A stretch of 5,907 nt of DNA from a virus, in the IMG/VR virus record IMGVR_UViG_3300045988_053242, positions 1 to 5,907 of that record, one strand, 5' to 3'. The notes beneath the pieces are model-generated. The model had not been told where the DNA came from. It was given only the letters and a program-made list of their open reading frames with translations, and did no database searches. The translations under genes were made by a program, and so were the position numbers. Of this stretch, positions 1-4,380 are shown piece after piece (within the stretch, counting starts at the first letter, position 1; the number at the start of each line of letters is the position of its first letter).

Positions 1-99
1 TGCTAGGCTATAAGAAATCGGATGACGCAGGAACAGAACCAAATCCAGGAAACGCAAACGAAGATTACTACTTAAACAAACCGAGCCTGACGACAAACA
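1..99. repeat. Terminal redundancy: copy 1 of a 99-nt exact direct repeat (identical to 5809-5907), marking a circular genome of 5,808 nt
   Basis: Base-by-base comparison of nt 1-99 with nt 5809-5907 shows identity. The repeat lies inside one continuous reading frame (VP1), as expected for an assembly overlap of a circular molecule and not for a biological repeat. Confidence 0.95.
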
Positions 100-1160
100 T
101 AAACGAAGGGACCCTATACGCACGATATCCCGCCAAAGTCGGCAAGTTCCACGACTACTTCACATCCTGTCTCCCCTCGCCGTTAAAATCTGACCCTGTG
201 GAAATCAACCTGACGGGCAATGCGCCAATCAAAGGATACAAAGACTTTGACTATACAGAACTGCAGCATCAAATAAGCCCACTCTTAGCCGCAACAATCG
301 GAGCAGACGCACAAGTAGTTGCGACACCCGGCTACGTAGCATTTGGAGAAGACGGAGAAAAGGCATTCTTAGGTGCAGACCTAAGCGAAGTAAACGCAAT
401 CAGCATTCAGGATTTGAGAATGGCAATTGCCTTGCAGCACGTCTTTGAGGCTGATGCACGCAACGGCACGCGATATCGTGAATTCCTTTCCGGCACATGG
501 GGCGTAACGTCGCCGGACAGCCGGCTTCAAATTCCTGAATACATCGGAGGTCAGCGAATCGCGATCAATGTTAATCAGGTTGTTCAGACGAGCCAGACGG
601 ACACGACAACCGGGCAGGCACTGGGCAATACTGCAGCATACAGCCTAACCACATGCAGTAAGCAAATGGTGGACTATGCAGCGACCGAATACGGCTATAT
701 CATCGGTCTAGCAGTGGTACGAGTAGAACACAGCTACCAGCAGGGACTTGCAACCAAGTGGACACGTGGCGGGCGATTCACCTACTACGACCCGCGTTTG
801 GCAGCACTAGGCGAACAGCCAGTGTATAACCGTGAAATCTATGCACAGGGCACGGCAGAAGATGACCAAATCTTTGGTTATCAAGAGGCTTGGGCAGACT
901 ACCGATACAAGCCTTCCTACGTAACCGGAGAAATGCGGTCTAACTATCAGACCAGTCTGGATGCATGGCACTATGCAGACGACTATAATGCTCTGCCGCG
1001 TCTCTCTGCAGAGTGGATTCAGGAAGGAAAACAGAACATTGACCGAACGATTTCGGTAACAAGCGCAAGAAGCCACCAGTTCCTGTGTGACTTCTATTTC
1101 TCAGAAGACTGGTACCGCGAAATGCCTATCTACAGCATTCCCGGCATTGAAAGAATTTAA
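1..1160 (+). CDS. VP1: Major capsid protein VP1 (F-like), C-terminal part; 5' end is at 5349 across the circular junction
   Basis: The frame is open from the window edge (first full codon at nt 3) to TAA at 1158-1160. The ORF-track start at 198 (GTG) is only the first start-like codon. The translation from nt 3 reads LGYKKSDDAGTEPNPGNANEDYYLNKPSLTTNINEGTLYARYPAKVGKFHDYFTSCLPSP..., which contains the HDYFTSCLP block typical of Microviridae capsid proteins. It is in phase with 5349..5808, giving 1,620 nt (539 aa) once circularised. Confidence 0.95.
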   Translation, partial: LGYKKSDDAGTEPNPGNANEDYYLNKPSLTTNINEGTLYARYPAKVGKFHDYFTSCLPSPLKSDPVEINLTGNAPIKGYKDFDYTELQHQISPLLAATIGADAQVVATPGYVAFGEDGEKAFLGADLSEVNAISIQDLRMAIALQHVFEADARNGTRYREFLSGTWGVTSPDSRLQIPEYIGGQRIAINVNQVVQTSQTDTTTGQALGNTAAYSLTTCSKQMVDYAATEYGYIIGLAVVRVEHSYQQGLATKWTRGGRFTYYDPRLAALGEQPVYNREIYAQGTAEDDQIFGYQEAWADYRYKPSYVTGEMRSNYQTSLDAWHYADDYNALPRLSAEWIQEGKQNIDRTISVTSARSHQFLCDFYFSEDWYREMPIYSIPGIERI

Positions 1161-1170
1161 GGAAGGAGGA

Positions 1171-1196
1171 AGCCCCGCAAAAGCGGGGCTATTTTT
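1171..1196 (+). terminator. Rho-independent terminator downstream of VP1
   Basis: Perfect 8-bp GC-rich stem agccccgc (1171-1178) / gcggggct (1183-1190) with loop aaaa, followed by atttttg (T5 run at 1192-1196). It starts 11 nt after the VP1 stop. Confidence 0.75.
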
Positions 1197-1198
1197 GA

Positions 1199-2056
1199 AT
1201 GGAAACGTTATTAAGCTTTATGCCATACCTCATGAAAGGACTGAGCATGTTAACAGGAATCATAACAAGCAGTAACCAAAGCGGCGCCAAGAACAGCCAA
1301 GGAGCCGGCAGCGAAACCACAACCGGCAGCGAGACCACAACGGGCAGTGTAACAGCACCGCAGCAAATCGGATCGACACAAATCAGCACGCCAACAGGTA
1401 TTACCACATTCGGCAACCAGAGCAGTGTAAACACCGCAAACGCACTGCAAATGATGAGCGGACTACTTAGCAACCTCGCAAACGCTGGAAGCCAAGCGAG
1501 CGCCAAGAAGTACAACAGCGCGGAAGCAGCAGCAGAACGAGCGTTTCAGAAGGAGATGCGCGGAACAGCTTATCAAGACACTGTAAAAGATATGATCGCG
1601 GCGGGAATCAATCCTATTCTGGCAGCAACCAACGGCGCAACAAGCTCGACAAGCGGAGCATCCGCAAGCATCGGAAGCCAACGTTATAACCAGCAGAGCG
1701 CACAGGCTGCAAGCGTATCTGCAATGTACGAATACGGCAACAACACGGCAGAGCTAGCAGACAAATACTTACAGCTAGCAAAACAGGCCACCAGCGCAAA
1801 ACAGTTTAAAAATGCGAAAAGCTGGGAACAGGCAGCAAGCGAGCTGGCAACCTCGAGCGCAAAACAGGCGCAACAGTACAGCTATGCAGCTAGCAAGGTA
1901 GGTGCAAGCCTTGCAGGAGCTGGCAAAGCAGTCAAAAAAGCAGCAGAAAAGGCTGGCAATGCAGCCAAAGACACAGCAGGAAAGTTCAAAAAGTACAACC
2001 AAAGAGTACCAATCATGCCAAACATGGATACATTCAACGCGTACAGAGGAAATTGA
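1199..2056 (+). CDS. VP2: Minor capsid / DNA pilot protein VP2 (H-like)
   Basis: 285-aa ORF immediately after VP1. It is low-complexity and rich in Ala/Ser/Gln/Thr. The block AERAFQKEMRGTAYQDTVKDMIAAGINPILAA (about 1532-1627) matches the conserved ...NTAYQRAV.DM..AG(L/I)NP.LA... core that I recall from gokushovirus VP2 proteins. The start is ambiguous, with in-frame ATGs at 1199, 1220, 1232 and 1247 (the last has aaagga 6 nt upstream). TGA stop at 2054-2056. Confidence 0.8.
   Translation: METLLSFMPYLMKGLSMLTGIITSSNQSGAKNSQGAGSETTTGSETTTGSVTAPQQIGSTQISTPTGITTFGNQSSVNTANALQMMSGLLSNLANAGSQASAKKYNSAEAAAERAFQKEMRGTAYQDTVKDMIAAGINPILAATNGATSSTSGASASIGSQRYNQQSAQAASVSAMYEYGNNTAELADKYLQLAKQATSAKQFKNAKSWEQAASELATSSAKQAQQYSYAASKVGASLAGAGKAVKKAAEKAGNAAKDTAGKFKKYNQRVPIMPNMDTFNAYRGN
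1307..1348 (+). repeat. Imperfect 18-nt tandem repeat (2.3 units) inside VP2 encoding GSETTT-GSETTT-GS
   Basis: ggcagcgaaaccacaacc (1307-1324) and ggcagcgagaccacaacg (1325-1342) are followed by ggcagt. The two differences between the units are both synonymous third-position changes. Confidence 0.9.
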
Positions 2057-2078
2057 AAGCCCTTCCGCGCAAAGCTAA

Positions 2079-2100
2079 GGTTCCCCATCACAGGGGCACC
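2079..2100 (+). other. Hairpin A of the intergenic hairpin cluster
   Basis: ggttcccc (2079-2086) pairs with ggggcacc (2093-2100) with one t.c mismatch; loop atcaca. Confidence 0.55.
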
Positions 2101-2139
2101 AGACAAGCGACAGCCAGAACATAATCATGTAAAGAGAAG

Positions 2140-2170
2140 AGGGGGGGCGCAGATTGTTTGCGCCCCCCCT
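2140..2170 (+). other. Hairpin B: perfect 12-bp G7/C7-containing stem-loop
   Basis: agggggggcgca (2140-2151) is the exact reverse complement of tgcgccccccct (2159-2170); 7-nt loop gattgtt. There is no downstream T-run, so it is not a classical intrinsic terminator. Confidence 0.85.
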
Positions 2171-2223
2171 TGCGTCGCGCCCCCCTACGCGGGGGGCTGC
2201 CGCTGTGATAAGGCAAACAATCT
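2151..2223 (+). repeat. Long-range 11-nt perfect inverted repeat that competes with hairpin B
   Basis: agattgtttgc (2151-2161) is the reverse complement of gcaaacaatct (2213-2223). The left arm overlaps the loop and 3' arm of hairpin B, so the two structures are mutually exclusive. The pairing would enclose hairpin C. Confidence 0.8.
2179..2197 (+). other. Hairpin C: 7-bp C6/G6 stem-loop
   Basis: gcccccc (2179-2185) pairs with ggggggc (2191-2197); loop tacgc. Confidence 0.75.
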
Positions 2224-2231
2224 ATTATCAC

Positions 2232-2268
2232 TATACGCGCGCGCGCACGAAACGTGCACGCACACGCA
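2232..2268. repeat. Alternating pyrimidine-purine (CG/CA/TA) tracts, Z-DNA-prone
   Basis: tatacgcgcgcgcgcacg (2232-2249, 18 nt strictly alternating) and cgtgcacgcacacgca (2253-2268, 16 nt) are separated by aaa. The region includes (CG)5, the palindrome cgtgcacg, and a small gcacg/cgtgc hairpin around the aaa. Confidence 0.85.
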
Positions 2269-2296
2269 AAGAGACAATAATACAAAAAATAGAGAA

Positions 2297-2477
2297 TGTG
2301 GAAAACTTGAGTTTTCAACACTTTCAACAGGTTTTCAACAACAAGTTGCACAAAAAAATCCGTCAAAATGACGAACATTCAACAATTCAACAAGTTTTCA
2401 ACAAAGTTTTAAACAGGGAAAAAGGCAATAAATAAACGTAGTAACGTTAAAAAAACGAGTTTTCAACACTTTCAACA
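2297..2477 (+). promoter_or_regulatory. Iteron array: 8 direct TTCAACA cores plus 1 degenerate and 1 inverted copy, in three clusters
   Basis: TTCAACA occurs at 2314, 2323, 2334, 2378, 2386, 2397, 2462 and 2471. The 10-mer GTTTTCAACA occurs at 2311, 2331, 2394 and 2459. A degenerate gttttaaaca lies at 2406. An inverted copy tgtggaaaac (2297-2306) forms a near-palindrome with the first iteron. The exact 21-nt repeat gagttttcaacactttcaaca occurs at 2309-2329 and 2457-2477. Spacing within clusters is 8-12 nt. Confidence 0.8.
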
Positions 2478-2496
2478 CTACTACTACTACGACTAC
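2478..2496 (+). repeat. CTA trinucleotide microsatellite, (cta)4 then cgactac
   Basis: ctactactacta (2478-2489) followed by cgactac. Confidence 0.8.
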
Positions 2497-2529
2497 AACA
2501 AGTTAATATATAAAGAAAGCGAGGTGTCA

Positions 2530-2564
2530 ACCGGCACAAGATAGACAAGGAAGCTTGTGCCGGT
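2530..2564 (+). promoter_or_regulatory. 11-bp perfect stem-loop immediately upstream of the Rep start; the loop carries an SD-like aaggaag
   Basis: accggcacaag (2530-2540) is the reverse complement of cttgtgccggt (2554-2564); 13-nt loop atagacaaggaag (2541-2553). The alternative GTG start at 2557 lies in the 3' arm, and the ATG at 2572 is 8 nt past the stem. Confidence 0.8.
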
Positions 2565-2571
2565 AACAAAA

Positions 2572-3561
2572 ATGCCATGTACAAAACCATTAGTATTTCA
2601 GATGGACACGAAAAAGCCGAAACTGTGGGGAAGTCTGGAAAACCTAACAAAGCAAGGACTGCAAACGGACATCATGGACGGAGTCAAAAAAGGAAAATTC
2701 GCATTGTTACCATGCGGTAAATGCGAATATTGCCGAAAACAGATAGCGGACCAATGGGCAACAAGAATAGAGCTAGAAGCCAAAGAGTGGGACGATGTGA
2801 TTTTTCTAACACTGACATATGATGATGAACATATACCATACGGCGAAATTATCAAAGGATACAAAAGCATTCAAAGTCAGACAGTAAGCAAACGAGACGT
2901 GCAGCTATTTCTAAAACGGCTACGGAAAGCGTACAAGAAGCCAATAAAGTATTTCCTAGCGGCTGAATATGGTGACAGAACAAAAAGGCCACACTACCAT
3001 GCAATAGTATTTGGACTAAAGCCACCAGATGCACAATGGTACAAAAACCAAAAGGGCAACAGCTATTTTAAAAGCGAGTGGTTACAAAAAATCTGGGGCA
3101 AAGGCATGATAGACTTTTCGCCAGCACAACCGGGAAGCTTTGCATACGTGGCGCAGTACGTCAACAAAAAAGCCATAGGCACAGAAGAGAGCGTGAAATA
3201 CTGGATGCAAGGCAGAGAACCAGAGTTTAGAATCATGTCAAAAGGTATCGGAGAAAAGTACCTAAAAGAACACAAAGATGAAATCTTGAAAACAGATAAC
3301 ATCATATGCGCGGGAGGCCGCGAGAAAAGGCCTCCGCGCTATTTTGATAAGATTCTAGATAAAGATACCAGCCAAGACACAGAAAGCTATTTTAAGGCAC
3401 ATTCTGACGAGCTGAGAGAGGTTAGAGCCAAACGCAGACGCAATGCAATACAAAGTTTGGTCAATCTCGAACAGAGCACGAGCGTGGATTATAAAACCTA
3501 TCTAGACATTCAGAAAGAAAAGGACAAGCTAAGGCAAAAATGGCGTGAGCCGAAAGAATGA
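2572..3561 (+). CDS. VP4: Replication initiation protein VP4 (HUH rolling-circle endonuclease, phiX174 gpA-like)
   Basis: Motif 1 is FLTLTY (2803-2820). Motif 2 (HUH) is HYHAIVF (2992-3012). Motif 3, with two tyrosines, is YVAQYVNK (3145-3168) and resembles the phiX174 gpA active site. There is also an N-terminal CGKCEYC cysteine cluster. I chose ATG 2572 because MPCTKPL fits the M-x-C-x-x-P N-terminus common in gokushovirus VP4. The ORF-track start GTG 2557 is the alternative and has AAGGA 5 nt upstream. TGA stop at 3559-3561. Confidence 0.93.
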   Translation: MPCTKPLVFQMDTKKPKLWGSLENLTKQGLQTDIMDGVKKGKFALLPCGKCEYCRKQIADQWATRIELEAKEWDDVIFLTLTYDDEHIPYGEIIKGYKSIQSQTVSKRDVQLFLKRLRKAYKKPIKYFLAAEYGDRTKRPHYHAIVFGLKPPDAQWYKNQKGNSYFKSEWLQKIWGKGMIDFSPAQPGSFAYVAQYVNKKAIGTEESVKYWMQGREPEFRIMSKGIGEKYLKEHKDEILKTDNIICAGGREKRPPRYFDKILDKDTSQDTESYFKAHSDELREVRAKRRRNAIQSLVNLEQSTSVDYKTYLDIQKEKDKLRQKWREPKE

Positions 3562-3785
3562 CGCGCACAGCGCTTACAATGAATGGATTAGCCGAGCTCC
3601 GCATACGCTCCGCACGGCAAAGCGCTAAAGCGCATTCAAAACAAAGGAGCAAAACCGGGTTACAAAAGAAAGTTACAATTTTATTACAAAACAGGAAAAT
3701 CATTGAAAAAGCTATTGACAAGTGGTATAATAAGGTAAAGAGAAGAAAGGAAAGTGCAAACCATGAAAAAAATCTACATGAGTGA
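3558..3785 (+). CDS. Doubtful 75-aa highly basic ORF (hypothetical)
   Basis: Its ATG overlaps the VP4 stop (ATGA at 3558-3561), which would allow translational coupling, and the product is rich in K/R. However, its 3' half is overlaid by a near-consensus promoter and by the RBS and start of orf72. I recognise no family motif, and off-frame stops are rare in this T-poor strand. Confidence 0.25.
   Translation: MTRTALTMNGLAELRIRSARQSAKAHSKQRSKTGLQKKVTILLQNRKIIEKAIDKWYNKVKRRKESANHEKNLHE
3703..3731 (+). promoter_or_regulatory. Near-consensus sigma70-type promoter with extended -10
   Basis: -35 TTGAAA (3703-3708), a 17-nt spacer, then TGg TATAAT (TG at 3723-3724, -10 at 3726-3731). It lies about 30 nt upstream of the orf72 RBS aaagga (3746-3751) and ATG 3763. 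Confidence 0.65.
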
Positions 3786-3981
3786 GCAAAATTACATAGA
3801 ACTTAAATTTTTTGGATACATAATGGGAAAAAAATACAATTACGAAAAATTATTTAAAAAAGGAGAAGAAATTATTTGCAGAAAGTACGCATTCGAACTA
3901 GGAGATGAAACAAACAAGGACGGGTTATACAAAGTAGAAAAAAGATTCGTAGAAGATGTAATCATAACAAAGAGAGGTTGA
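3763..3981 (+). CDS. Hypothetical 72-aa protein (orf72), Lys/Glu/Tyr-rich, no predicted TM segment
   Basis: ATG 3763 has aaagga 11 nt upstream. The ORF-track GTG at 3754 sits only 2 nt from that motif. The ORF ends at TGA 3979-3981, 4 nt before the peptidase ATG. It is very AT-rich: hand counts give 14/60 and 16/60 G+C for lines 3781-3840 and 3841-3900. I recognise no homology. Confidence 0.6.
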   Translation: MKKIYMSEQNYIELKFFGYIMGKKYNYEKLFKKGEEIICRKYAFELGDETNKDGLYKVEKRFVEDVIITKRG

Positions 3982-3985
3982 CAAC

Positions 3986-4378
3986 ATGGAAATAAAAGCA
4001 TATTTAGCAGAAACGCAAGGAGACGAACAAATTACAGACCACTTCAAAGTAAAGGAATTTGCATGCAAAGACAAAACACCAATCGTATTCGTTGACGATT
4101 ATTTAGCAGTCATTCTAGAGATTGCAAGAAAAAAAATCAATAAGCCGATTGTAATCACAAGCGGATACCGCACAGTAAGCCACAACCAAAAAGTAGGTGG
4201 AGCAAAATACAGCTACCATACAAGAGGCATGGCAGCAGACATCAGAGCGAACGGAATGACACCAAAGGAACTTGCAAAAGTGCTAAACAGTATCGTGCCA
4301 AACAACAGCGGCATCATCGTATATGACAATTGGGTACATTTCGACACACGAAATGAAAAATACAGAAAGGGGGTGTAA
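3986..4378 (+). CDS. Zinc D,D- or L,D-peptidase of the M15 family (Peptidase_M15A/M15_3-like, endolysin-type cell-wall hydrolase)
   Basis: The 130-aa product has the family signature SGYR....N...GG...S.H..G.A.D and a C-terminal WVHFD. The inferred zinc ligands are H78 (4217-4219), D85 (4238-4240) and H118 (4337-4339), giving the H-x6-D...H arrangement. The N-terminal F.V.EF.C block is also typical. RBS gagagg lies 8 nt upstream. There is no signal peptide or TM segment. Confidence 0.88.
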   Translation: MEIKAYLAETQGDEQITDHFKVKEFACKDKTPIVFVDDYLAVILEIARKKINKPIVITSGYRTVSHNQKVGGAKYSYHTRGMAADIRANGMTPKELAKVLNSIVPNNSGIIVYDNWVHFDTRNEKYRKGV

Positions 4379-4380
4379 AA

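Noticed and set aside
1-99. 99-nt direct terminal repeats as LTR/DTR or transposon ends
   Set aside because: The repeat is internal to one continuous capsid reading frame and is exactly identical. It is best explained as an overlap produced when a circular genome is assembled and linearised.
1087-1275. 62-aa + strand ORF crossing the VP1 stop, the terminator hairpin and the VP2 start
   Set aside because: It is off-frame inside VP1, it reads through a rho-independent terminator, and there is no RBS.
807-2106. Multiple minus-strand ORFs antisense to VP1/VP2 (807..1076, 1189..1515, 1250..1450, 1463..1681, 1614..1799, 1775..2002, 1882..2106), some very hydrophobic
   Set aside because: They lie opposite confidently identified genes, and Microviridae are transcribed from one strand only. 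Their Cys/Leu/Phe-rich low-complexity products are what the complement of an A/G/C-rich sense strand yields. The A-poor minus strand has few stop codons, so long ORFs arise by chance.
2301-2316. gaaaac-ttga-gttttc resembling a Gram-positive LexA (Cheo) box GAAC-N4-GTTC
   Set aside because: The arms are GAAAAC/GTTTTC, not GAAC/GTTC. The match needs two extra bases per arm, and the right arm is simply the first iteron. I treat it as part of the iteron system, not as an SOS box.
2154-2435. 93-aa + strand ORF (TTG start) and the 96-aa minus ORF 2088..2378 spanning the intergenic region
   Set aside because: They run straight through the G7/C7 hairpins, the (CG)n tract and the iterons. The apparent internal protein repeat (QQVFN.K) is just the DNA iteron read in one frame. 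The exact 21-nt repeat recurs in a different phase outside the ORF. There is no RBS.
2297-2477. Possibility that the short repeats are a CRISPR array or a tRNA/ncRNA gene
   Set aside because: The repeat units are 7-10 nt, far below the CRISPR repeat length of about 24-37 nt, and the spacing is irregular at 8-53 nt. I could draw no cloverleaf or T-loop (GTTCRANYC-like) and no promoter/terminator pair bracketing the region.
3340-3370. ttttgataagattctagataaagat inside VP4 as a phiX174-like in-gene origin (CAACTTGATATTAATAAC)
   Set aside because: Only the TTGATA core is shared. There is no CAAC recognition element and no conserved 30-nt context, so it cannot be distinguished from chance without comparative data.
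3715-3731. Perfect TTGACA (3715-3720) next to TATAAT (3726-3731)
   Set aside because: They are only 5 nt apart, which is incompatible with a -35/-10 pair. The functional -35 candidate is TTGAAA at 3703-3708 (17-nt spacer), and the TG at 3723-3724 makes it an extended -10.
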